DNA of 63,890 nt, the filler included, from Octopus bimaculoides (taxonomy: Eukaryota), in NCBI RefSeq assembly GCF_001194135.2. It is 5 parts of 4 records of this genome, joined end to end, with 100 filler letters (N's around TTAATTAATTAA, not from the genome) between each part and the next. Parts side by side here need not be neighbours in the genome. Positions count along the whole stretch, not along the records: positions 1 to 27,308 come from NC_069007.1; positions 27,409 to 40,269 come from NC_068981.1; 3 more parts are not named here. One strand, 5' to 3'. The notes beneath the pieces are model-generated. The model saw only the letters and a program-made list of their open reading frames with translations. It had not been told where the DNA came from and searched no databases. Within the stretch, counting starts at the first letter, position 1; the number at the start of each line of letters is the position of its first letter. Positions 23,910-38,300 of the stretch are shown here, piece by piece. Position numbers and translations under genes: made by a program.

Positions 23910-24254
23910 CTGTAAAACAAAAAGAAATAAATTGTAGTAGTTAAGTTGGATTGCATGTTTTCACAACATTATTTGTGTATGTGTGCGTATGTACACACAC
24001 ACACACACACATATATCTTTTATCTTTTACTTGTTTCAGTCATTAGACTACAGCCATGCTGGAGCACCACCTTGAAGTATTATAGTCAAATGAATCGACT
24101 CTAGAAACACGTGTAGTCATTTTATTATCTTTATCTTATGATATTTACTTTGTATTATATTATACTCATTTATTGTGCTTTTCATTATAAATTTTTCTAT
24201 ATGTGACAGTGGATTTTCATCGATGAGTTCATGAACCTTGGTTCTTTCCCCTAA

Positions 24255-24289
<35 letters not shown>

Positions 24290-24503
24290 NNNNNNNNNNN
24301 NNNNNNNNNNNNNNNNNNNNNNNNNNNNNNNNNNNNNNNNNNNNNNNNNNNNNNNNNNNNNNNNNNNNNNNNNNNNNNNNNNNNNNNNNNNNNNNNNNNN
24401 NNNNNNNNNNNNNNNNNNNNNNNNNNNNNNNNNNNNNNNNNNNNNNNNNNNNNNNNNNNNNNNNNNNNNNNNNNNNNNNNNNNNNNNNNNNNNNNNNNNN
24501 NNN

Positions 24504-24546
<43 letters not shown>

Positions 24547-24589
24547 TTTAAGGTCCGCTTTCCATGCTAATATATATAAATGTATGAGC

Positions 24590-24621
<32 letters not shown>

Positions 24622-24800
24622 AGAAAGGACTTCTTTCCCTTACTCCATGCACAAAATCCAGTCACACAGTTTTGGTTGGCCCAAGGTTATAGGAGAGGAC
24701 AGACGCCCAAGGTGCGCTGCAGTCAGAGTGAACTCAAAATCAGGTGGTTGTGAAGCAACCTCCTCAACCACATAGCTACACACACAAACTTATATATATA

Positions 24801-25023
24801 CAATAATCCCTCACCGTATCGCGGTTCACTTATCGCGGTTTATTATTTAAGCTTACGGCGATTCCTCCGTGGTGTTGTTTTGAATTTATAATAATAATGA
24901 ATATATACAAATTATAAAAATAATTGAAAAAATATACAGTACAGTACTGTTTCTACTTTGTTGATTTTCACCTGTCACAGGGAGTTTTGGAACATAACGC
25001 CAGCGATAGTCGAGGGATTACTG
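24801..25023 (+). mobile_element. pogo/Tigger-like MITE
   Basis: Ends ta|caataatccctc...gagggattactg, with TIR consensus CAGTAATCCCTCGACTATCGC; a second copy lies at 5286. Confidence 0.75.
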
Positions 25024-25306
25024 AACAGACAATCTTACACACACAAACCTGCATGTCATGCACACTGAAGCATGCATCTTTTGCACACTAAAACATGCAT
25101 ATACATACACATATCTACACACATGCAGATGTGCAAGTAATTTTACATGCACATATGTACAAACAATCTTACACACACACACACACACAAACACACACGT
25201 CTGTCACACACTAAAACATACACAAATGTACACATAATCTCACACACACACACTCCTAACACAATCCCATGATGCATTGTTTATATTTTGTCACTTCAGC
25301 TATCCT

Positions 25307-25347
<41 letters not shown>

Positions 25348-27308
25348 TTAATACTACTACTACTACCCCTGTTACTTTGACTTTAATAAATTCTGTATCG
25401 ACACTCTCACACTAACACCCAACACACACACATCACACACACACACACACCCAACACACACACACACCCAACACACACACACATACACACNNNNNNNNNN
25501 NNNNNNNNNNNNNNNNNNNNNNNNNNNNNNNNNNNNNNNNNNNNNNNNNNNNNNNNNNNNNNNNNNNNNNNNNNNNNNNNNNNNNNNNNNNNNNNNNNNN
25601 NNNNNNNNNNNNNNNNNNNNNNNNNNNNNNNNNNNNNNNNNNNNNNNNNNNNNNNNNNNNNNNNNNNNNNNNNNNNNNNNNNNNNNNNNNNNNNNNNNNN
25701 NNNNNNNNNNNNNNNNNNNNNNNACACACACACACCCAACACACACACACACACAACACACACACACACACAACACACACACACACAACACACACACACA
25801 CACAACACACACACACCACGTTACCTGTATGTGTAGTCGTTAATCAAATAATTATGAATGACAAAACAGCTGAATGTCTGCTGCTTTTAAGCTCTGAAAA
25901 TGCGTGTCGTGCGTACGTTTGTTACATCGTGCCAATGAATCAGACACATGATGAGTCATATCTGTCAAGCTAACAGGCTTGTGCATAAGCACACACGCAC
26001 ACACACACACACACATATATATACATATATACACACACAACCATACATCTTAATATGTAATGGCCTCGTTATACAATACAATGTTGCAAAAAAAAAGATG
26101 TTCACACAAAAACACATGGAAATATCTATCGTTTAGCATATATTCTCCTTCCAAATTCATCATCTCCATAGTTAAAGACATTCCATTTGTGACCATCTCG
26201 TCTGCTTTGCTTTTTAAGGTTTCTTTTTGTTAAGGGTTATCTTTATGTTTCTTTTTTATTCGTTTCAGTCAAAGTAGTACCCCATGCTGGGGGTCCTACT
26301 TTAAAGTGTCTTAATAAAATAAATCAACCCCAGTTACTTAATTTTGAAGCCTGGTAGTTATTCTGGTAGTTTCTTTTGCCAAACTGCTAAGTTACAAGTA
26401 TGTAAACAAACCAACATAGTCAAGTGGTGGCAGGAGACAAACACAAATACACACACACACACACAAAGACCCACTTTTGGTCATGAATGACCATATGATA
26501 GCACCTTGAAAGTTCCCCTCTGAGGCACAAGTCCAGGTAAAGTTGTTTATGGAAGACCAGCAGTCTCCCATGCATACCAGCTTCCCCTCTCCACGCCACC
26601 AGTGTTATCCAAGGGAAAAGCAAAGGGGCCAATACAGCTTGGCACCAGTGATGTAGCAACTCATTTCTACAGCTGAGTGAACTGGAACAACACAAAATAA
26701 AATGTCTTGCTCAAGAACACAACACACAGCCCAGTCTGGGAACTGAACCAACTACCTCATGATTACGAGCCCAACACTCTAACCACTGATAACATAATGA
26801 ACTTATTGTATACAGTGCTCAGGTGCACAACAACTCATCAGAAATGATAGCCAAAAGTACACATACAGTCCATAGAATAATGCACAATTTCAGTTACCAT
26901 CTACTAAATTCATTCACAAGGCATTGGTCAGCTCAGGACTGTACGAGAAGATACTTTCTGCTTAAGGTGCTTCATTATCATCATCATCATCATCATCGTT
27001 TAACGTCCGCTTTCCATGCTAGCATGGGTTGGACGATTTGACTGAGGACTGGTGAAACCAGAAGGCTACACCAGGCTCCAATCTGATTTGGCAGAGTTTC
27101 TACAGCTGCATGCCCTTCCTAACACTAACCACTCTGAGAGTGTAGTGGGTGCTTTTACGTGCCACCGGCACAGAGGCCAGTCAGGCGGTACTGACAACGA
27201 CCACGCTCAAAATGGTGTATTTTATGTGCCACCCACACAAGAGCCAGTCCAGGAGCACTGGCAACGATCTCGCTCAAAAGTCCTTACACATGCTGCGGGC
27301 ACAAGTGC

Positions 27309-27408
27309 NNNNNNNNNNNNNNNNNNNNNNNNNNNNNNNNNNNNNNNNNNNNTTAATTAATTAANNNNNNNNNNNNNNNNNNNNNNNNNNNNNNNNNNNN
27401 NNNNNNNN
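27309..27408. other. Artificial scaffold spacer (44 N + TTAATTAATTAA + 44 N)
   Basis: Exactly 100 bp; the 12-mer has stops in all six frames; identical structure at four places in the window. Confidence 0.95.
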
Positions 27409-27439
27409 AGATAGAGAGAGAGAGAGAGAGAGATAGAGA

Positions 27440-28195
27440 GAGAGGTAGACAGGTATATGTCGGTTCCAGCTCGTATTCGAGCATTGGGTTCGTCAGTTTC
27501 CATCCAGTCTCCTCGGCTGATGTTTGTGCCGGAAGTGACTTTGGTGTCCAAGTCGGTGGTGAAAGAGTCGTTCGGAAAACTCGAACAGGATGATCGGTGC
27601 AGTTCGAGGATGTTGAAGACACTCCTTTCTTCTACGTTTTGCCTACTTATTCTGGTGTCTGTTCTGCTCGAAGGATCTGGCTCCATTGCGAGTAGCAGTC
27701 CTCCAGGCCGCCCTATCCGTAGCAATCTGTTCCCTTGGGGATGGTTGCATGCTAGCTTGAGCCAAGGTACGTTTGAATTGGTCTTTAAAACGGAATTTCG
27801 GACCTCCGCTGTGTCTTGCTCCGATTGCAAGTTCTCCGTAGAGCATGATACTTGTGACACGAAAGGGCTCCATACGCTGGACGTGACCTGCACAGCGGAG
27901 ACGATGGCGAAGAATGGTGGCATTGACACTTGGTAGTTAGGCGCAGCCAAGAACCTCGTTGCTGGTAACGTGATCTTCTAATTGTATGTTGAGGACCTGT
28001 CGCAGCCTCGATTGCTGGAAGCATTCAAGGCGCTTGAAGTCACGGCGGTACAACGTCCAGGTCTTACAAACGTAAAGTAGAGTTGACAGGACAATGACAC
28101 GGAAGACCTTAATCTTTGTCCGTATTTTCAGCGCATGATTGAAGAATACACGTCGATGAATCTGCCGAATGTCAAGATATGGGCATTTCTCCGAG
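27440..28195 (-). mobile_element. 5'-truncated RTE-clade LINE, C-terminal part
   Basis: RRVFFNHALKIRTKIKVFRVIVLSTLLYVCKTWTLY...RLECFQQSRLRQVLNI...HRLRCAGHVQRM...MLYGELAIGARHSGGPKFRFKDQFK...DRAAWR; stops and frameshifts are present. Confidence 0.9.
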
Positions 28196-30942
28196 AATGA
28201 ATTAAAATGATCTAACATTATATAGAACTCTGATTTGGGCTGGAAGTTCTTGAATGTTAAATTAAACATAAATTCCTTTGATATATAAATTCATAAATGC
28301 AAAATTATGTTAGTGCTAGACGTCTAAAATTTGAAGGCATGAAAATATGCTTCTTGTTAATCTAGATATATTGTAATTTACATAGTATACAGGTATAATA
28401 AAAATCCATATGATATTACAATCGTTTGAAAATTTGTGAATTATAAAAGAGCGGATTCATCCACACATATATACTGTTTATAGCAACTCTGTGATATATA
28501 TTATTGTAAAAGAAATCGTGATATATGACTACTTGTACTATAAAATTATTTTGTTTACTATGTCATATCACATTGTTAAACATACATTGTACCATTATAA
28601 AATATTATGTGATATCTCTCTACCACATAGACCGTGAAATGTCAGGTTTCTGATATTTCAAAACCATGAAGTTGACAACTAAAGTGACCGGATCTTTTTG
28701 AGTTGCAGTTTATTTGATGTTTCTCAACCAGCCAATCTTCTGCAGTAAGTGATCGAATGCAGTTCTGCCATCAGAAAGGACTCTTGAGTAACAATTGCGC
28801 AATGCGATGCGCTACCAGTAATTGACCTTTTAATTTTATCTCTAAACTGATACCGCTGTGCATTGGAGACATTCAGCATCTAAACCTAGAACTAATATCG
28901 GTTATATTTGGGACAGATACCAGGTAGCGATGATCTGTTCTGTCAAGTGTTGTGCCATTTTAAATTTGAATGCCCTGCTTAAGCCAGATCTGTTTCCAAT
29001 GTGTTCTGTGAAGTATTGCATAAAATGGAATTTGTCGTACATCGCATAGGTTTTTGTATTTTTTAGTACATTTCCGAGGAGAATCAACTTCATGGTAAAC
29101 AAATTGTCCTTAAGTCTTTACTGTATTTAATAGAGCTGTGACCCTAAAACTGTCAAAAGGTAGGCCCGTCTTGCTCACCTCCTTCCCCAGATCTATAACT
29201 ATAACCGAGGCTCCCCTTTTCTTGTAGGTAACTGGTAAAAGAAAGGCGAGCACATCTGCCATGTTGTAATAAATCTCCTAATGGAAAACATCCAGTCTTG
29301 TCGTGTTTCTCCTAGTACGCCCACTCAAAGTGTGGGTTGTTTTGGAAACGGAAATCAACAACAAATTTCATTGTGCCTCGCAGCAGGCTAGTCCCGTAGG
29401 CATCACAGTCTATTGATGTGATCCACCATTCCACAAGATAACCTCGACTAAGATCTGTGGTCGAAAACCATACACACCTACATGCACTCAGATATTAGGC
29501 GAGCAAATTTTTCATGACTGATAACAATTTAATATTACTGCTACCAGGTATGGCAAGAGCATCAGCCACCCTCCTTCCATCTTCAGACGTTAAAATTGTC
29601 TGTATGTTTAATGAAAATCTTTCGACACTGGTTGCAGTATAGGTTGAAATATTTTTAGCTCCCTAAATAGGAGAAAACATTCAAAAATTTTTTTAGATCT
29701 TTGCTTTGCAAATACCTTTTCTAATTACAAAGGTAGAAATCTAGACCTTTTCGAATGAAATCACTATATGCGACGGCACATGAAGGGGCGCCGAAGTGTA
29801 TGATCACAGGAACTTGTAGACTACAACAAAAACGATAAAAAGAAGTTATTTCTGTTGTAAACACATCAGCAATTCGAGAGGATAAATATATCCCATAATG
29901 CCCAGTACTTAACTTTTACTATATTGTATCAACTCCGAAAAGATGATAGATAAAGTTAAACTTAGGGGAATTTAATCTCACAAGGTAATGATAATAATAA
30001 TCCTTTTCTACTGAAGGCACAAGCCCTGAAATTTGTGGGGATGGGTCAAGTCTATTACATGGAGCCCAGTGTTTCACTGATACTTAATTTATCGATCCTG
30101 AAATGTTATATGACAAAGTTGACTTCAAGGGAATTTAAACTTATGCATANNNNNNNNNNNNNNNNNNNNNNNNNNNNNNNNNNNNNNNNNNNNNNNNNNN
30201 NNNNNNNNNNNNNNNNNNNNNNNNNNNNNNNNNNNNNNNNNNNNNNNNNNNNNNNNNNNNNNNNNNNNNNNNNNNNNNNNNNNNNNNNNNNNNNNNNNNN
30301 NNNNNNNNNNNNNNNNNNNNNNNNNNNNNNNNNNNNNNNNNNNNNNNNNNNNNNNNNNNNNNNNNNNNNNNNNNNNNNNNNNNNNNNNNNNNNNNNNNNN
30401 NNNNNNNNNNNNNNNNNNNNNNNNNNNNNNNNNNNNNNNNNNNNNNNNNNNNNNNNNNNNNNNNNNNNNNNNNNNNNNNNNNNNNNNNNNNNNNNNNNNN
30501 NNNNNNNNNNNNNNNNNNNNNNNNNNNNNNNNNNNNNNNNNNNNNNNNNNNNNNNNNNNNNNNNNNNNNNNNNNNNNNNNNNNNNNNNNNNNNNNNNNNN
30601 NNNNNNNNNNNNNNNNNNNNNNNNNNNNNNNNNNNNNNNNNNNNNNNNNNNNNNNNNNNNNNNNNNNNNNNNNNNNNNNNNNNNNNNNNNNNNNNNNNNN
30701 NNNNNNNNNNNNNNNNNNNNNNNNNNNNNNNNNNNNNNNNNNNNNNNNNNNNNNNNNNNNNNNNNNNNNNNNNNNNNNNNNNNNNNNNNNNNNNNNNNNN
30801 NNNNNNNNNNNNNNNNNNNNNNNNNNNNNNNNNNNNNNNNNNNNNNNNNNNNNNNNNNNNNNNNNNNNNNNNNNNNNNNNNNNNNNNNNNNNNNNNNNNN
30901 NNNNNNNNNNNNNNNNNNNNNNNNNNNNNNNNNNNNNNNNNN

Positions 30943-30997
<55 letters not shown>

Positions 30998-31061
30998 ATA
31001 TATATATACATATGTATATATGTGTGTGTACAGGTATGTATATATATATGTATCATTATCA

Positions 31062-31118
<57 letters not shown>

Positions 31119-32884
31119 GAAGGTTATATTTTACTCTTGATTATATGTCACTTGCAGGTATTTTGCTCACACACATTCACGCGCACACACGCACACGGCC
31201 GTGCACATAGACAATCATATATACTTTTACCTCCATTACTTCTGACTTGTTTTCATTCTTTTATAGACGATTAATATACTGCTCTAAAGGCAGACCACCT
31301 AACCTAGAATTTTATAAACAAAACAACTACTTCCCTAGAAATTAAAATTTCTAATTATTAAATCAACTCAAAATAGCTCTTCAGGAGAATAAAACAGAAT
31401 TATTAATTCCAGCATCACTAACCCTGTGTATCTGCAAGATCATTAAAAAGTCTAATTATAGTTTTAATTTCATCATCGTCAATTTTGGTCGAGATGACTT
31501 GAATTAGCTGAACGTAGCGCTTGGATTTGTATCTTAACTTGATCTTGCTAAGAGTTTATTTCTCCGTCCTCTGTGCTATTTCTACATACACACATGTATC
31601 ATGTACATACATTTTTATCTAATAACAATAGGGCGTTTTTATTATGAAGAGAAAACAATGAACGGAATGCAAGCATCGTAGCATTTTAGACGGTTTCGAA
31701 TTCTTATTCGGTTAATTCACTCTGGTAGATCAAGTTAGATTTTGAACCTCTATATATGTGTATAGCAGAAAAAAAAATCTCTTACTAAGATGACAACCTC
31801 TAGATTATAGAATCAGGCAATGGCCAGTTAAATTATGCAACTGTAGAAACATGGAATAGTCAATGATATACATCACGTGATATTAACTATTATAACAAAA
31901 AATGCCATGACAGTAGAACGACGATTATTAATGTCAATTCAACACACTAGCTTTATAACTAAATATCTCATTGTATGGTAGAGACTCTGGTGGTTTAGTC
32001 GTAAGAGGGACAGAGTTATACAACGTGTTAAGGTATAAGGAGCTGGTATACGTTATTTTATTTTCTCACTCCTTCTCACTCCTCACTTACTTTCTCCTTA
32101 CGCTTAGCAAATAATTGTCATACCACATAAAGTCTTACAACGACTCAAAAAAAGGAGCAATTACTTGCTTGCTTGACCTAGAAGTACCCAAATGTCCCCC
32201 AGATCACAATTCTTCCTCATGCAGGAAGAACACATTGATAAATATACGCTATTATTCACTATACCTTCAAGAAAAACATGATGGTCACAGCTCGAATGCC
32301 TTTCATCATAGGCATACTGAAAAGAATTAAAACGCTAAATAACAACAACGAATTAGATTGACAGACACATTAGACTATGTAGAACTAGCTGAACTAATCC
32401 TGGGAAAAAGAAGTGATGGCCTAGGCTGGAAAACCTTTGATTGTAGATTTGTGCATGAAACTTACATGTGGTTAAAGATTAATGAGAAAAATAAGTCTTT
32501 TTAATTTTAAATGAGTTAAGTCATACACATTTTAAGTCAGTCGATCAACGATGGAAGATCACAGCAGTGACAAATACACTGGAAATCGATTGGCTCGTAA
32601 TCCTGAGCAGAGGAGTGTGAAAGAAAGAAGGGGGGGGGGATTAAAGGGAGTGAGAGGAAAAGAAAGGAAGAAAAGAGAGGAAGAGAGAAAGAGAGGGAGA
32701 GAAAGAGAGAAAGAATAAGAGAAAGTCTATAGACAGGACAAGCAGTATTTCTATAAATAGAAGATTTTCTAAAGCAGAAAAAAAAATGTAAATACTGATA
32801 ATGATACTGGATTCTGATATCTCGTACTGAAAACATTGACGTTGTATGTATGTGGGTGTATATATGTATGTATGCTTGGATGTG

Positions 32885-32964
<80 letters not shown>

Positions 32965-33861
32965 TACATATATATGTATATATATGTATGTATATATATG
33001 TATATGTATATGTATGTATGTATGTATGCTTGTATGTATGTGTATGTACGTATATTTATGCATTTACGTGCATGTATATTATATGTATATATGCGTATAT
33101 GTGTATTTATACCTACACAAAGAAGATATAGACAGCACACACCTAAACTCACTGAGACTCACGCACGCACACACGCACACACACACACACACACACACAT
33201 GTATATGTAGAGTAACAAACACTTTACACATAAAACCTGATGGAATGGAATTGTTGCAGAACAGATTAATTTCTCAGCTGTCCAACTAAATATGTCAACA
33301 GAATAAACTAGTGGAAGGATTTGCTACTTTCCCAATCCCAAAGGATCTAAAAGGTAGTTCATCCATTTCCTAACCCGTTTATTTCTTTTTTCCCTTCAGA
33401 GCATTTTTTTGTTTACATTAGACACTTTTTCTTTTATGTTTTGCTATATTTTTATCTTTTCTTGTATTTTTCTTTCTCATTGTTTTTGGATTTTTTAATG
33501 ATTTTTTTTTTATGTTACGCAAATAGAGCATTTCGTAAACACAAGCAATCTTTTGCGGATATTTTCATTTTATTCTCTCTCTCCTCCTTAGCATCTCAAT
33601 AAACAATTCCGTCAAATCCCTTGTGATTCCTGTGTTTGTTTTGACGGCTGTTTGTTGGTCGAGGGTCGATTTTATTCATTTATTTCTTTATTCGTCTATT
33701 TCTTTAGTTATTTATTTGTTTGTTTATATATATTTTCTTCTAAAGCTACTTTTCGGGTTTTATCATCTTTATACATTACACGCATGAATATAATTCTATA
33801 CATTTATAGATATGTGTATAATAATATATAATCATTAATACGTATGTCCATGTGCGAATAT

Positions 33862-33956
<95 letters not shown>

Positions 33957-34599
33957 CATATATATATATATATATATATGTATATNNNNNNNNNNNNNNN
34001 NNNNNNNNNNNNNNNNNNNNNNNNNNNNNNNNNNNNNNNNNNNNNNNNNNNNNNNNNNNNNNNNNNNNNNNNNNNNNNNNNNNNNNNNNNNNNNNNNNNN
34101 NNNNNNNNNNNNNNNNNNNNNNNNNNNNNNNNNNNNNNNNNNNNNNNNNNNNNNNNNNNNNNNNNNNNNNNNNNNNNNNNNNNNNNNNNNNNNNNNNNNN
34201 NNNNNNNNNNNNNNNNNNNNNNNNNNNNNNNNNNNNNNNNNNNNNNNNNNNNNNNNNNNNNNNNNNNNNNCACACACACACACACATACACACACACACG
34301 CACACACACACACACAGGCACACACGGATGTATCGAGATATGAGATATTTGCAAACGGTTCATTTTTATCGACGCGTGTGAACGTGTTTTTGCATATCTG
34401 TTTTTGAGTGGGTGGATGATTTTTTTTTTGTAAACGTCTCGTAGGTGCAATTGGAAGATATTGAACGTATCCAGACATGTTTCTACGTAAATATATATTT
34501 CCCCCTCTGTCTATTTGTATGTATGCGTTTCGCCATATGAGTGTGTGTGTATGTGTGTATGCAAACTCACAAACATCCCATATCGCGTGTCTTCAATTT

Positions 34600-34945
34600 A
34601 TGATCAATTTTGACAAACTCATAGACATGCTGTCTCCGAATTAGCCTTATTCCTTCCACACATCTAGTGTTGTTGCATCTAAGTATCTCATGTGCAGCCA
34701 CACTTTGCCTCTTGGCTCTTCTGTATTTCCCAATATAAGCGTCTTTTCCATGTCCTATGCTCTCATGATGACACCAAAGAAGTTTAATGCTTGTGTAGCA
34801 ATCAAAGTACTGTCTTATTTCACTTGCTGCAATGTTGATCTATATGTTCCTCCTTGCAGTTACGGTATCATCATTAATCTCTCCAGCAAAACCTTTCGAA
34901 TGCATAAATTTTTCTTCGTATTTTGTTAAATTTTCCTCATTCATA
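34600..34945 (-). mobile_element. Decayed RTE-like LINE 3' fragment
   Basis: KIYAFERFCW...LNFFGVIMRA*DMEKTLILG resembles the RTE C-terminal motif L.YFGHIMR...EK.I.LG. Confidence 0.55.
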
Positions 34946-35029
34946 ACAAGACATCATTATTAGATATACAACTGATTTTTATCATCTTTAACTTTTTCTT
35001 CTTCGTGACATTTCATTATGCTTCATAAA

Positions 35030-35218
35030 TTATTGTAGGCCGATTAAGGAATCCCCTTCAACAAGTTGTCTTTCAACTTCAATCCAATATTTACTATTGA
35101 TTATTCTCATTTTTATAGAATCATAATCATTAGGTTTCCCTTCACTGTTTCCAGGTTTCAGATTTGTTTCGCCTTCCTTCTCATTCATATGTTTGTCTGT
35201 GGTGTTCTGGATTGGTGC
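35030..35218 (-). mobile_element. Second, isolated copy of the 5' region of the R4/Dong-type element
   Basis: 35121-35218 aligns colinearly with 38194-38291 (TTDKHMNEKEGETNLK vs TTDKHMNGKEGETNLK). Confidence 0.8.
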
Positions 35219-35324
35219 TATAGTAGAATACACTTGTCCAAGGTGCCACCAGTGGGATTTGACCCAGAACCATGTGGCTGGTGTTCAAGCTACTTACCAC
35301 ACAGCCGCTCCTGCTATATATATG

Positions 35325-38300
35325 TGTTAGTCCTGGTGTTTTTGTTATGTATTTGTCTGAATATTTTTTATCATACCTAATGCGCCCACTATGATAGGAA
35401 TTGTTTCTGTTTTAGACTCCACATTCGAGTTACCTCTATTTCCAGGTCTTTATATTTTGAAAGTTTCTCCATTTCTTTTAGAGAAATGTTCTCATCTATT
35501 GGTATTGATACATCAATTAGAAAGCATTTTTTTCTCTTCACTATCTTTGACAACTATATCTGGTCTATTGGCCTTAATTTCTCTATCTGTGTGTATTGGC
35601 ATATCCTTTAGTAGTGTTCCTTTCTCGTTTTCTGTGACCTTTTCTGGCGTGAGCCTATACCATCTTTTTTTATGTTGTTATTCCATAGTGTTAGTATAGC
35701 TTCCAGTGTGTCTAGGTCCGAACTCTGTGGTGTCTGTGAATATATTCCTTCTTAGCCAGGACTGGGCAGCCAGAGATAATATGGCTTATTGTTTCTTGTT
35801 CATCGCCACATATTCCGCAGTTACTTGTTATGTTTCTTTTCATTATATGTTTTTTGGTAATTTCTGGTGCGGAGGCTTTGGTCTTGTGCTGCAATTAAAA
35901 ATCCTTCAGTCTCTGCTTTGAGTCCTAAGATTCTCAGCCAATGCTGGGCTTTTGCTTTGTCTATTTCTTTTGCGTTTAGTTTAGCCCAGTATTTGACATG
36001 AAGGGGCTTTTCTTGCCCTCGTTTTATCATGATCCGTTACTGTTCTAGTTTTACTTTGGATTCCATTTGTTTTACAGCTTTTTTTTCATAGTTGTTAGGG
36101 AGTATGACTTCTTGTTTGTATTTGTCAGCTTCCTTAAAGACTGAAAACAATTATTCATTTTGTTCGTATTTTGTGGCTATATGTATTAGCTTTCCTTACT
36201 GCTGAAGTAGGTATCTTTGAAGTCCGATGATGGTTATTTTGTAATAGTTTTCTAGCAGTATAAGGCCTCTACCACGTTCTATACGTTGTATATATAGCCC
36301 TTTTATGTCAGATCTTGTATGGTGCATCCTGAATTCTATCATTATTTTTCTTGTTTTTTTGTCTATTTTGATTTGTTCATTTAGTTTCCAGTTAAGGATA
36401 TTGTAGCTGTAACACATATCTGGGACGGCTAAAGTGTTGATACCTATTATCCTGATTTTCATATTGAGCTCTGTTTTCATTATTAATCTAACTCATCTAT
36501 AGTATTTTTTTTTTAAAAATTTCTTTCATTTGTGTGTGTATCATATCTAGTTCATCGGTTCCTAAATATTTGTATGTCTGGCTTTGGTCTAATTCTCTTA
36601 TTTCATTGGCTCTCTCTAGCGTGATGTTGCTAGTTTTCCTATTTTCAAGGTTGTTTTGGCACATTTTTCTACTCCAAATTTATACTTATTTTTTTGGTAA
36701 ATCTATGTACTGTCTGTAGTAATGTTTCCAGCTGTTTATCATTTGTAGCGTACAGTTTTTTAAGTCATCCATATATAAGAATTGGCTGATTGTTTTGCTG
36801 TAACAATTGTATCCGCATCCAGTTCTATTTAGCGTGTCAGATAAATGTGTCAGTGCCAAGAAGAACATGAGTTGAGAGACCGTGTCTCCCTGGAATATTC
36901 CTCTTCTAATGGGGATGCCTTTGGTTTTCACGAGTCCCTATTTTGTAGCATTGTCTGCCATTTATTTATAGTGTTGTATATATTTTATGATTATTGGTGC
37001 TATCTTGTTCATGGCTAGTGTTTCTAGGATCCATGTGTGGGCAATACTATCAAAAGCCTTTCGTAATCGATCCACGTCATACTTAGACCTTTCTTCTTTC
37101 TGCGGCTGTCTTCAGTTACGGCTTTGTTGATCATTAATTGATCTTTACAGCCGTATGAGCCCTTGCAGCATCCCTTCTGCTCTTCTGAAAACAGGTTGTT
37201 TTCTACCAGATGCTTGCTCATCCTCTGCGATATTATTGCAGTAAAGGCTTTGTAAATTGTAAGAAAAAGGTATTGTTCTGTAATTTTGTGGTTTTGCCGT
37301 TGCAGTTGATTTGGGAATTAGATAGTTTTCCCTTTCGTGAGCCATTCTAGTAGAGTCTCTGACTCTACTAGTATGTCATTAAATTTTTCATCCAGCTTTT
37401 TGTGTATTCCTGTTAGATATTTAAACTAAAAGTCGGGGATGTTATCGTACCCGGATGCCTTCCTGTTGCTTAGTTTTTGCACTGCCTGGGTGAACTCTTT
37501 AGTTGTTACAGGGGTCCAGAGTTGTTCAGGTACTGAGTTTGTCGTTTTAATAGATCTTTTCTGAGGTTGTTCCTTCGCCGACCATATTTCTTTCAAAAAT
37601 TCTTCCACTCCTTCGGCTGTTGGGGCTGCAGTAAAGTCTATTTTATTTTTTTGGCAAGTTCTTAGTAGAATCTTTTGGGGTTAGAGTTGAACTGTTTGTT
37701 TTCTTCAAAGAAACGTTGGCGTTTCTCATACCGGCGGATCCTTTGTGCTTTGGCAAGGATATCTTGCTTTAGCTGTTCGTTTACCTCAGGTAAACCTTTT
37801 TATTTTTGTAATGTTGTATTTGCACAGTATTTTGTTATTTTCTTGTTGCTTAGTAGTGTTGATTGTCTACTAGTTTCGTTAAGGATTAACAGATTTTTTT
37901 CTCTTGTTTTCTATTTTCCTGGATATCATTTGGGTGGTGGTACTCCTGTTTGGATTGGTTTGAGGGAGTATCCAGCTTCTTTTGTGGCCATAGTGGCTGC
38001 TGCATATATTATGTTATTTAGCTCGGTGATATTGACATTTTTTTCTGTGGCTACTAGTCCTGTGACGGCAAGGTTTATGCTATTTATTATTGATGTTCTT
38101 TTATTATCTATTTTGATTTTTGGGAAGTACAATCGGTGGTCCATATTGAGATATGTGGCTTTCGGTTGTTTGATTATGCTCATTTTTAGAGTTTCATAAT
38201 CATTAGGTTCACCATTACTGCTTCCAAGTTTTAGATTTGTTTCGCCTTCCTTCCCGTTCATATGTTTGTCTGTGGTGTTCTGGTTTAGTGCTTTCTGCAC

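Noticed and set aside
28902-29102. Minus ORF ending MAQHLTEQIIATWYLS, faintly like the PICALM N-terminus
   Set aside because: It lacks the AxHS...KATT..PKKKHL motifs and lies beyond an artificial spacer; chance resemblance.
29200-29830. Higher-complexity stretch suspected to be a transposase or Helitron Rep remnant
   Set aside because: No catalytic or Rep motifs were found in the frames I translated; left unassigned.
32537-32610. Long pyrimidine tract + CAG acceptor on the minus strand (DYEPIDFQCICHCCDLPSLID*)
   Set aside because: The tract is a (CT)n-type repeat, all frames stop within 70 nt, and there is no homology; at most a UTR exon.
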